From contig BPKJ01000009.1 of assembly GCA_026005075.1 (NCBI GenBank), forward strand, positions 3,435-67,434: a stretch of DNA of 64,000 nucleotides. The letters run 5' to 3'. Shown here one piece after another: positions 20,587-28,730 of the stretch (positions are counted from its first letter, which is position 1; every line of letters starts with the position of its first letter). Source of the stretch: Lysobacteraceae bacterium (GTDB lineage Bacteria; Pseudomonadota; Gammaproteobacteria; Xanthomonadales; Xanthomonadaceae). Position numbers and translations under genes: made by a program. The notes below the pieces were generated by a model, which was given only the letters and a program-made list of their open reading frames with translations, was not told where the DNA came from and ran no database searches.

Positions 20587-20614
20587 TTGGCAGCGGCCGG
20601 GGAAGCGCTATGCT
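20587..20614 (+). promoter_or_regulatory. Putative sigma70 promoter of the ECF/anti-sigma operon
   Basis: TTGGCA-N16-TATGCT, followed by GGAGG at 20628-20632 before ATG 20642. Confidence 0.4.
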
Positions 20615-20641
20615 GGCCCTGCGGCATGGAGGTGCGGGCGG

Positions 20642-21289
20642 ATGGCTGGCGGGTGCGGCACCAACTCGGCAGCGGAACGGGCGCGACCCGCGTTGCGGGT
20701 CGTCGGCGGCCGTGCGCGCGGGGCGCTCGACTACGCCGAGCTGCTCCAGCGCGTGGCCGCGGGCGATGCGCTGGCCGAAACGGAGCTGCTGCGCGCGCTC
20801 TCGGAGCCGCTGGCGCTGGTGCTCCGCCGGCGCCTGGGCCGCGACGAGCGCTGCGCCGACCTGCAGCAGGACACACTGCTTGCCGTGCTCGAGGCGGCAC
20901 GGGCAGGGCGCATCCGCGAGCCGCAGGCGCTGGTCGAGTTCACGCTGTCCACGGCACGCCAGCTCGCGCTCAATCTCGAGCGCAAGCGGCGTCGGCGGCG
21001 TACCGATCCGGACAGCGAGGCGCTGGAGCGGATGGCCGACCCGAACCAGGCCGGCATGGCCGAGGCGCTGGCCCTCGAGGAGCGGCGGCACTGCGTGCGG
21101 GCGGTGCTGGCTTCGATGCCCAACCCGCGTGACCGCCAGATCCTGTTCAGCTACTACCTCGACCAGCAGCCGACCCGGCAGGTGCAGGCCCGCTTCGCGC
21201 TCGACAGCGTGCAGCTGGGCCGGGTCCTGCACCGGGCCCGCCAGCGTTTCGCGGCGCTGTGGCGGGCGCTGCGCCTCGACCCGACCTGA
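20642..21289 (+). CDS. ECF RNA polymerase sigma factor
   Basis: Region 2 (AAGDALAE..DLQQDTLLAVL..ARQLALN) and region 4 HTH (RDRQILFSYY..GRVLHRARQRF). Confidence 0.88.
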   Translation: MAGGCGTNSAAERARPALRVVGGRARGALDYAELLQRVAAGDALAETELLRALSEPLALVLRRRLGRDERCADLQQDTLLAVLEAARAGRIREPQALVEFTLSTARQLALNLERKRRRRRTDPDSEALERMADPNQAGMAEALALEERRHCVRAVLASMPNPRDRQILFSYYLDQQPTRQVQARFALDSVQLGRVLHRARQRFAALWRALRLDPT

Positions 21290-21318
21290 GCTGCCGTCTT
21301 TCGTGGAGGAGCCCCGAG

Positions 21319-21951
21319 ATGCCGATGCCGCCGCCGAAGCTTTCCGACGAGGACAATCGCCTGCTGCGGGCCTGGCGCAGGGGCGATCTGGACGAGGAGG
21401 CCAGCCTCGCCTTCGAGACCCGGCTTTTTCTGGAACCGGGCCTGCTGCGCGCGGCCCAGATCGACGAGGCCATGGCGGGCGGGCTGGGCGACGAGGCGCA
21501 AGGTCGGCAGCCGGGCAGGGAGCCTGCGTGGCCGTGGAAGCTGGTGGCCGGACTGGCGCTGGCGGCCGGGATGGCCGGGGCCGTGCTCTGGCCGTTGCGC
21601 CAGGATACCCGCACCCTGCTGGCCGCCGGCAAGGTCGAGTGGGTCAGCCTCGATGTGCGCAGGGGTGGCGGGGAGCCGATGATGGTCGCTCCCGGGCCCG
21701 ACACGCGCCTGCTCGCGCTGGAAGTGCCGGTGCCGGGAGGTGACGATGGCCTCTACGACCTGAGCGTGATCCCGGCGACCGGGGGGCAGGCTCCGATCCA
21801 GGTCAGCCGGCTGAGCGCCGAGCAGGGCATGCTCAACCTTGCCTTCGAGCGGGAGGCCCTGCCGCCGGGCGTGTACTTCGTTGAGATCCGTGCCCACGGC
21901 GAGCAGGAAGGCCAGCCCCTGCAGAAGCTGGCCTTCCGCTATCGGCGCTGA
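21319..21951 (+). CDS. Putative single-pass anti-sigma factor
   Basis: Directly downstream of the ECF gene with GGAGGA RBS; N-terminal anti-sigma-like helices (WRRGDLDEEASLAFETRL), TM WKLVAGLALAAGMAGAVLW, beta-rich C-terminal domain. Confidence 0.72.
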   Translation: MPMPPPKLSDEDNRLLRAWRRGDLDEEASLAFETRLFLEPGLLRAAQIDEAMAGGLGDEAQGRQPGREPAWPWKLVAGLALAAGMAGAVLWPLRQDTRTLLAAGKVEWVSLDVRRGGGEPMMVAPGPDTRLLALEVPVPGGDDGLYDLSVIPATGGQAPIQVSRLSAEQGMLNLAFEREALPPGVYFVEIRAHGEQEGQPLQKLAFRYRR

Positions 21952-21962
21952 GCCTTGAGCAA

Positions 21963-22346
21963 TCAATAGTTGGGATCGCCCTCGTCGGGGTCGATGTCGT
22001 GCTCGCTGCCCTGCGTTGCGGCGGCTCCGTCCTCGCTGGAGTCGGCCCCGAGCAGTTCCTTGAGCCAATCCAGCCAGCCGGCCTCCGCCTCGTCGCCGAG
22101 GCTCGGCGTATCGGCCGGCGCGAGCGGCTCCGCGGCGACGCCGCCCATGGCGCCCAGACCCAGCAGCAGGGCCAGCAGCAGGGCCGGGCGCAGCGGCCAT
22201 GGGTGGTTGCGGCGTGCCTTCTCGCGTGCACGCGGGTCGAGAAAGACCTGCCGCTCCCAGGCGGCGTGGTCGTGGTGGCGGTCCGGGCTCGCGGTGCGGT
22301 CGGCGCGGTTGCGGCGCGGGGTATGGCCCTTGGTGTGTGCATGCAT
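21963..22346 (-). CDS. Small secreted acidic protein / peptide precursor (127 aa)
   Basis: GGAGG RBS before ATG; hydrophobic ALLLALLLGLGAMGGVAA with AxA cleavage site; acidic mature region ending GSEHDIDPDEGDPNY. Confidence 0.65.
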   Translation of the reverse strand: MHAHTKGHTPRRNRADRTASPDRHHDHAAWERQVFLDPRAREKARRNHPWPLRPALLLALLLGLGAMGGVAAEPLAPADTPSLGDEAEAGWLDWLKELLGADSSEDGAAATQGSEHDIDPDEGDPNY

Positions 22347-22447
22347 GATCCAGTCCTCCGTGGTCGTGGACCGCCGACATGGCGGCCCGCCTCGGAGGTG
22401 TCCCGAGCACGCGCGATCTCCCACCCCCGCGGGATGGCGGGTTGCGG

Positions 22448-25400
22448 TCAGCCTGCGCTGGGGGCGCGGCGGAGGACGAACCAGCCTGCCCAATGCGTCG
22501 GGTGGCGCAGTGCGGGTTGCCGCAGCAGCTCGGCCCTGGCCTCGGCGAGCGCGCGCTCGGGGGCGTCGGGCTGGCGGGCGAGGGCGCGGTGGAAGGCCAC
22601 CGAGAAGGCCATCGCCGCGCGATCCCCGACCGCCCAGCGCGAGCCGACCACGGCGTCCGCGCCGGCTTCGGCCAGCGCCTCGGCGACGCCGCCGACCCCA
22701 AGGCCGAAGAGGCCGCCGCCACGGCCGGTCTCGCAGGCCGAGAGGACCACCAGCCCGGCGTTGACCGCGAGACCGCGAAGGCGTTGCGCGCTCAGGAAAT
22801 CGGGGCGGTCACCGGTTCCGGCCAGCCACAGGCCGGAGGCCTCGAAGCGGTGGGTCGAGGCACGGGCGTGGGTGGCGAGATGGATCAGGGCACCGGGGGC
22901 GGCCAGTGCCTCCAAAAGGTCGGTGCGGCGGGCTCGGCTGTGGACGCTGACCGGCGCCGACGCCGCCCAGGTGTCCGCGACCGCGGTCAGCTCGGCCTGC
23001 ACGGCATGGAGCGGGGGCAGCCCGGCGCCCGGGCTGCCCGCCACGCCCAGTACGCGCACGGTGCGGGGCTGGGGCGTGGCGCGTGGATCGGGGCCCAGCA
23101 CCCAGCCGATCGCGGGGTGCAGGCCCTCGGGCAGCGCAAGGCTGAGCGGCGTGGTCGCCAGCGCCTGCTGCGCCCCGATCCACAAGGTGTGCACGCCAGG
23201 GCGCAGCCATCGTTCCCAGCCCAGCGCGGCACGCAGCGCGGCCGCCCGGCGCCCGATCTCGGCGCTGTCGCCATGACCCTCGGCGAGCAGCGTCAGCAAG
23301 GCGCTGCGGGCATCCAGAAAGGCCTCCCGGTCGATGGGCCACCAGGACCAGCGCCGGCCGTCGAGGATCAGCCAACCCATGTCCTCCTCCGAGACCAGGG
23401 GCAGGGCCAGCATCACGCCGGCGCCAAGCCGGGGAGGATCCGGGGCGAGGTGGGCGGGGGCGGCGGGCGGTCTGGGATCGGGCGCGGCGCCGGGCAGGGC
23501 AAGGCGCAAGGCCGGGCCCGCAGGGGCGGGGGCATCGGTCTCGGCCAGCCACTCGGCGGCGAGCGCGCGCTCCAGGGCGAGCAGACGGTCGTCGGCGGTC
23601 GGTGCCAGCGCGGCCATCTGGGTCTGGGCCAGCCGCGCCGCCCAGTGATGGACGCGGGCACCCAGCGCCGGATCGACCGCGCCGGGCGCCTGGGTGGCGA
23701 GGACGCTGGCCCCGAGTCGGTGCAGGCTGGCGAGCAGCGCCTGCCGCAGCGCCGGCGTGCGCAACGTGGATGCGATCGGCAGGAACCGGTCGAGGAGTCG
23801 CTCGGCGAGGTCGAGCGCGTCGGTTCCGCCCTCCCGTCCGCGCTGGCGGATGCAATGCTCGCCAAGCTCCAGCGCCAGCAGCAGCGGTCCTTCCTCGAGA
23901 ACCTGCCGCAGGCTGGCTTCGCAGTCGATGGCGGGCGTTGCGGTCAGGCCGAGCGCGGCGCCGAGCAGACGGGCGCGCAGCGCCAGCCTGGGCTCGCGCG
24001 GCACGCCCACCTGGCTCAGCGCCGCGCGCGCCGCGGCCGGGTTGCCGGCGCGGCGGTGGATCTCGCCGAGGGTCAGCAAGGCGCGTTCGCCGAGACCGAC
24101 CTCGCCGAGCCGGGTCAGTTCGGCCATGGCCCGATCGGCCTGCTCGCGGGCGGCCTCGGTCTCGCCAAGGTCCAACTGCGCCTGCGCCAGCGCGAGCCGG
24201 ATCCGTGCGCGCTGGCGTGACGGCGAGGTGCCCTGCAGCCGCTGCACGGCGCTTTCGAAGAACACCACCGCGCGGCCGGCCTCGCCGGCCAGGCGGTAGG
24301 TGCTGCCCAGCAGGTAGTCGATGCGGGCTGCGCCGGCGGTGTCTTGGGGGTCGGTGCGGGCCGCGACCTCGCCGAGCAGGGCCAGCGCCTCGTCGAAGCG
24401 GCCTGCCCAGGTCAGCTGCTGGGCCCGCTGCCGGCGCAGGCTGGCATGGGCCTCGGGCTGGCTGGCGAGGACCGGCATGCGTGCGGCCCGGTCGAGTTCC
24501 TCGCCCGCCTCGCGGTAGCGCCCCGCCAGGCTCAGCGCGGTGGCGAGGTTGAGGCGGGTGTAGAGCGCGGCGGCCGCCTCACCCAGCGCGAGCTGGCGCG
24601 CCACCACCCTCCGGTAGCAGGCGATGGCGGGTTCGAGCGCACCGAGCAGGCGCTGCTGCAGGCAGACGCCGTGCTCCGCCACGGTGGCGGGGTAGGCCAT
24701 GCCCAGTTCGAGGAAGCGTTGGCGGGCTTCCTCCAGCCGCGCCAGCGCACGCTGGCCGTCACGCTCGCGCAGGGCCCGGCCCTCGGCGAGCAGGGCGTGC
24801 GCCAGCAGGCGTGGCGGTCCGCGCGTGCGCGCACGCTGCACCAGCACCGCTGCCCAGCCGGCGGCCTCGGCGTCGAGGTGGCTATCCTCGGCCAGTCGCC
24901 ACAGCTGGCCGAGCACCCAGTCCTGCTCGGCTGCGCCCAGCCCTGGCGCGGCGCGCAGCAGGAACAGGCGGGCGGCGAGCAGGGCGGCCGCGAGCGGATC
25001 CGGGCCGCTGCGCAGGCGGGCATGCGCCACCGCCAGCTCGGCGAGTCGGGCCGCGTTGCGCGCGGCGGGATCCTGCTCGGCGACGCAGCTCAGCGCGACG
25101 GCGGGCAGGGGTCGGTCGGGGCCTTCCGCGTGCCGTATCGCCCTCGACCAGACGGGGTCGGCGGCGGCGCTGAGGTGCACCGGCACCGCACCCTCGCGCG
25201 GCGGCCAGGTCGGCAGGGCCCGGTCCGCGTCGAGCACCTCCCATTCGGCGCCGCGGTTGCGGATCCAGCCGATCACGGCCCAGCCGGGTTCGGGGCGCTC
25301 CACCCGTACCTGGTGCGCGTCCACCTCCGCCACCGGAGGATCCGGGCAGGCCGCGTGCACGGGGTCGAAGCGGGGCAGCACGGCCAGCGCCAGCACCAGC

Positions 25401-25483
25401 CAGCACGGCACGACCCGCCGCCGCGGCCGCTGCAGGATCCCTCGCGGTCGCGTCCTGCCGGCACTGGGGTGGCGGTCGGGCAT
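22448..25483 (-). CDS. TPR + CHAT (caspase-like C50/separase-related) domain protein with N-terminal signal-like segment
   Basis: TPR helices; CHAT motifs IHLATH (His at 22868-22870), LVVLSACETG (Cys at 22733-22735), AVVGSRWAVGD, HPTHWAGW. Confidence 0.88.
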   Translation of the reverse strand: MPDRHPSAGRTRPRGILQRPRRRVVPCWLVLALAVLPRFDPVHAACPDPPVAEVDAHQVRVERPEPGWAVIGWIRNRGAEWEVLDADRALPTWPPREGAVPVHLSAAADPVWSRAIRHAEGPDRPLPAVALSCVAEQDPAARNAARLAELAVAHARLRSGPDPLAAALLAARLFLLRAAPGLGAAEQDWVLGQLWRLAEDSHLDAEAAGWAAVLVQRARTRGPPRLLAHALLAEGRALRERDGQRALARLEEARQRFLELGMAYPATVAEHGVCLQQRLLGALEPAIACYRRVVARQLALGEAAAALYTRLNLATALSLAGRYREAGEELDRAARMPVLASQPEAHASLRRQRAQQLTWAGRFDEALALLGEVAARTDPQDTAGAARIDYLLGSTYRLAGEAGRAVVFFESAVQRLQGTSPSRQRARIRLALAQAQLDLGETEAAREQADRAMAELTRLGEVGLGERALLTLGEIHRRAGNPAAARAALSQVGVPREPRLALRARLLGAALGLTATPAIDCEASLRQVLEEGPLLLALELGEHCIRQRGREGGTDALDLAERLLDRFLPIASTLRTPALRQALLASLHRLGASVLATQAPGAVDPALGARVHHWAARLAQTQMAALAPTADDRLLALERALAAEWLAETDAPAPAGPALRLALPGAAPDPRPPAAPAHLAPDPPRLGAGVMLALPLVSEEDMGWLILDGRRWSWWPIDREAFLDARSALLTLLAEGHGDSAEIGRRAAALRAALGWERWLRPGVHTLWIGAQQALATTPLSLALPEGLHPAIGWVLGPDPRATPQPRTVRVLGVAGSPGAGLPPLHAVQAELTAVADTWAASAPVSVHSRARRTDLLEALAAPGALIHLATHARASTHRFEASGLWLAGTGDRPDFLSAQRLRGLAVNAGLVVLSACETGRGGGLFGLGVGGVAEALAEAGADAVVGSRWAVGDRAAMAFSVAFHRALARQPDAPERALAEARAELLRQPALRHPTHWAGWFVLRRAPSAG

Positions 25484-25510
25484 CGGCCTGCCGGGCGGGA
25501 AGCCGACCGG

Positions 25511-28120
25511 TCAGCGCGCCGCGGCGGCGAGGAAGTCCTCCGCAAAGCGCTGCAGCACCCCGCCGGCCTCGTAGATCGCGACCTCCTCGGCGGTGTCGAG
25601 CCGGCAGCGCACCGGCACCGTCTCGCTGCGCCCGTCACGGCGATGGATGGCCAGTTCCAGCGTCGCGCCCGGACTGCGCTGGCCGCGCACGTCGTAGGTC
25701 TCGGTGCCGTCGAGGCCGAGCGTCCGCCGGGTGGTGCCCGGGAGGAATTCCAGCGGCAGCACGCCCATGCCGATCAGGTTGGTGCGATGGATGCGCTCGA
25801 AACCCTCGGCCACGATGGCCTCGACCCCCGCAAGACGCACGCCCTTGGCGGCCCAGTCGCGGGAGCTGCCCTGGCCGTAGTCCTTGCCGGCGAGGATGAT
25901 CAGCGGCTGGGCGCGTTGCATGTAGGTCTCGATCACCTCCCACATCCGCATCACCTTGCCCTCGGGCTCGAGGCGGGCCAGCGAGCCTTGCCGGACCTTG
26001 CCCTGGTCATCGCGCACCATCTCGTTGAACAGCTTGGGGTTGGCGAAGGTGGCACGCTGCGCGGTGAGGTGGTCGCCGCGGTGGGTGGCGTAGGAGTTGA
26101 AGTCCTCTTGCGGCACGCCCATGCTCGCGAGGTACTCGCCGGCGGCGCTGTCCGGAAGGATGGCGTTGCTGGGCGAGATGTGGTCGGTGGTGATGTTGTC
26201 GCCGAGGATCGCCAGCGGGCGCATCCCGGACAGGGTGCGCGGCCTGGCCAGCGCGCCTTCCCAGTACGGCGGGCGGCGAATGTAGGTGCTGCGTGGCCGC
26301 CACGCGTAGAGCGGCTCGACCTGCGCGCTGGCCTCCACGGCGGGCCGGAACATGGGTTCGTACACCTGCCGGTAGTGCTCGGGCTTGACCGCGCGGGCCA
26401 CGACGGCGTCGATCTCCTCGTCGCTGGGCCAGAGGTCACGCAAGGTGATCGGCGTGCCGTCGGCACGCTGGCCGAGCGGGTCGCGCTCGATGTCGAAGCG
26501 GATGCTGCCGGCGATGGCGTAGGCCACGACCAGCGCCGGCGAGGCCAGAAAGGCCTGTTTGGCGTGCGGATGGATGCGGCCGTCGAAGTTGCGGTTGCCG
26601 GAGAGCACGGCGACCGTGTACAGGTCGCGTTCCACGATCTCCCGCTCGATCGCCGGGTCGAGCGCGCCCGACATGCCGTTGCAGGTCGTGCAGGCAAAGC
26701 CGACCACGCCGAAGCCGAGGCGTTCCAGCTCGCGGTCCAGCCCGGCCTCCCTGAGGTACAGCGCCACCGCGCGCGATCCGGGGGCCAGCGAGCTCTTCAC
26801 CCACGGCTTGCGTGCAAGGCCGAGCGCGTTGGCCTTGCGTGCCAGCAGCCCTGCGGCGATCACGTTGCGCGGGTTCGAGGTGTTGGTGCAGGAGGTGATG
26901 GCGGCGATGATCACCGCGCCATCGGGCATGCGGCCCGCGGCTGCGTCGGCACGGACACGCTCCTGGTCGCGGGCGATGCCGCGCGCGGCCAGTTCGCGGG
27001 TGGGCAGGCGGGCATGCGGATGGGACGGTCCGGCGAGCGTACGCTCGACGGTGGAAAGGTCGAAACGCAGGTGCCGGTCGTAGCGGGCTTGCCTCAGCCC
27101 GTCCGCCCACAGACCCGCGGCCTTGGCGTAGGTCTCGACCAGCGCGACCTGCTGCGGGTCGCGGCCGGTCAGCCGCAGGTAATCGAGGGTGTTGGCGTCG
27201 ATGTGGAACAGGGCCGCGGTGGCCCCGTACTCGGGGGCCATGTTGGAGATCGTCGCCCGATCGCCGATGCCCAGCGTCGCCGCGCCCTCGCCGTGGAACT
27301 CGAGGTAGGCGCCGACCACGCGCTCGCGGCGCAGGAACTCGGTCAGGGTCAGGACGATGTCGGTGGCGGTCACGCCCGCCTGCGGACGGCCGGTGAGCTC
27401 GACGCCGACCATCTCCGGAAGCCGCATCCACGATGCCCGGCCGAGCATCACGCTCTCCGCCTCGAGGCCGCCAACGCCGACCGCGATCACGCCGAGCGCA
27501 TCGACGTGCGGCGTATGGCTGTCGGTGCCCACGCAGGTGTCGGGGAAGGCGACCCCATCCACGACCTGGACCACGGGCGACATCTTCTCGAGGTTGATCT
27601 GATGCATGATCCCGTTGCCCGGCGGAATCACCTGCACGTTGCGGAAGGCGCGCCGGCACCACTCGATGAAGTGGAAGCGGTCCTCGTTGCGGCGCTCCTC
27701 GATCGCGCGGTTCTTCGCGAAGGCCTCGGGGTCGTCGCCGCCATGCTCGACCGCCAGCGAGTGGTCCACGATCAACTGCACCGGCACGACCGGATTGACG
27801 CAGGACGGATCGCCCCCTTGCGCGGCGATCGCGTCACGCAGGCCCGCGAGGTCCACGAGCGCGGTCTGGCCGAGGATGTCGTGGCAGACCACGCGGGCCG
27901 GGAACCATGGGAAATCGCGGTCGCGCCTGCGCTCGACGATCTGGCTCAGGCATTCGTCGAGGATCTCGGGGTCGCAGCAACGCACGAGGTTCTCGGCGTG
28001 GACGCGGGCGGTGTAGGGCAGGCCCTCCCAGGCGCCGGGGCGGATCGCCTCGACCGCCTCGCGGGCATCGAACCAGTCGAAGGGGGTGCCGGGAAGGGGC
28101 TTGCGGTGGCGGCGGTTCAT
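25511..28120 (-). CDS. acnD: Fe/S-dependent 2-methylisocitrate dehydratase AcnD
   Basis: ARVVCHDILGQTALVDLAGLRD, GTDSHT, AITSCTNTSNP, FACTTCNGMSG, TTDHISP. Confidence 0.95.
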   Translation of the reverse strand: MNRRHRKPLPGTPFDWFDAREAVEAIRPGAWEGLPYTARVHAENLVRCCDPEILDECLSQIVERRRDRDFPWFPARVVCHDILGQTALVDLAGLRDAIAAQGGDPSCVNPVVPVQLIVDHSLAVEHGGDDPEAFAKNRAIEERRNEDRFHFIEWCRRAFRNVQVIPPGNGIMHQINLEKMSPVVQVVDGVAFPDTCVGTDSHTPHVDALGVIAVGVGGLEAESVMLGRASWMRLPEMVGVELTGRPQAGVTATDIVLTLTEFLRRERVVGAYLEFHGEGAATLGIGDRATISNMAPEYGATAALFHIDANTLDYLRLTGRDPQQVALVETYAKAAGLWADGLRQARYDRHLRFDLSTVERTLAGPSHPHARLPTRELAARGIARDQERVRADAAAGRMPDGAVIIAAITSCTNTSNPRNVIAAGLLARKANALGLARKPWVKSSLAPGSRAVALYLREAGLDRELERLGFGVVGFACTTCNGMSGALDPAIEREIVERDLYTVAVLSGNRNFDGRIHPHAKQAFLASPALVVAYAIAGSIRFDIERDPLGQRADGTPITLRDLWPSDEEIDAVVARAVKPEHYRQVYEPMFRPAVEASAQVEPLYAWRPRSTYIRRPPYWEGALARPRTLSGMRPLAILGDNITTDHISPSNAILPDSAAGEYLASMGVPQEDFNSYATHRGDHLTAQRATFANPKLFNEMVRDDQGKVRQGSLARLEPEGKVMRMWEVIETYMQRAQPLIILAGKDYGQGSSRDWAAKGVRLAGVEAIVAEGFERIHRTNLIGMGVLPLEFLPGTTRRTLGLDGTETYDVRGQRSPGATLELAIHRRDGRSETVPVRCRLDTAEEVAIYEAGGVLQRFAEDFLAAAAR

Positions 28121-28260
28121 GGTCGTGTCCTGGACGGGAAGCGCATCATTATCGGGCGGCGGCGGAGGGCGGTCACGCGAAGCGGGCGCGACGAGGGCGG
28201 ATCCGGGCGGTGCGGGCGGCAGGGCACCGCCGCGCTGCGCGATGCGCGATCATCTGCGCC

Positions 28261-28722
28261 ATGCACGTGATCCTCTACCAGCCCGAGATTCCGCCCAACA
28301 CCGGCAACGTCATCCGCCTGTGCGCCAACACGGGCGCCCGCCTGCACCTGATCCGCCCGCTCGGCTTCGAGCTGGACGACAGCCGGCTGCGCCGGGCCGG
28401 GCTGGACTACCACGAGTACGCCGAGCTGGAGGTCCACGACCGTCTCGAGGACTGCCTCGGCAGGATCCGGCCACCACGGCTGTGGGCGCTTTCGACGCGG
28501 GGCACCACGCGCTACGACCGTGCGGATTTCGCGTCCGGCGACGCCCTGCTGTTCGGGCCCGAGACCCGCGGGCTGCCTCAGGATGTGCTCGATGCCGTGC
28601 CGGCGCCGCAACGCCTGCGTCTGCCGATGCGGCCGGGCAACCGCAGCCTCAACCTGTCCAACGCGGTGGCGGTGGTCGTGTTCGAGGCGTGGCGCCAGCT
28701 CGGCTTTGCCGGCGGCGCGTGA
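28261..28722 (+). CDS. trmL: tRNA (cytidine/uridine-2'-O)-methyltransferase TrmL
   Basis: YQPEIPPNTGNVIRLCAN, RAGLDYHE, FGPETRGL, SLNLSNA. Confidence 0.93.
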   Translation: MHVILYQPEIPPNTGNVIRLCANTGARLHLIRPLGFELDDSRLRRAGLDYHEYAELEVHDRLEDCLGRIRPPRLWALSTRGTTRYDRADFASGDALLFGPETRGLPQDVLDAVPAPQRLRLPMRPGNRSLNLSNAVAVVVFEAWRQLGFAGGA

Positions 28723-28730
28723 GCCGCGCC

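Noticed and set aside
22347-22447. Candidate ECF promoter (GGGACAC...GTC) and small inverted repeats upstream of the peptide gene
   Set aside because: The cognate ECF consensus is unknown and the matches are too weak in GC-rich DNA to call.
20642-25483. CHAT + sigma factor as a type III-E CRISPR (Craspase) locus
   Set aside because: No gRAMP/Cas7-11, Csx30/31 or array in the window, and the CHAT and anti-sigma look extracytoplasmic or membrane-bound.
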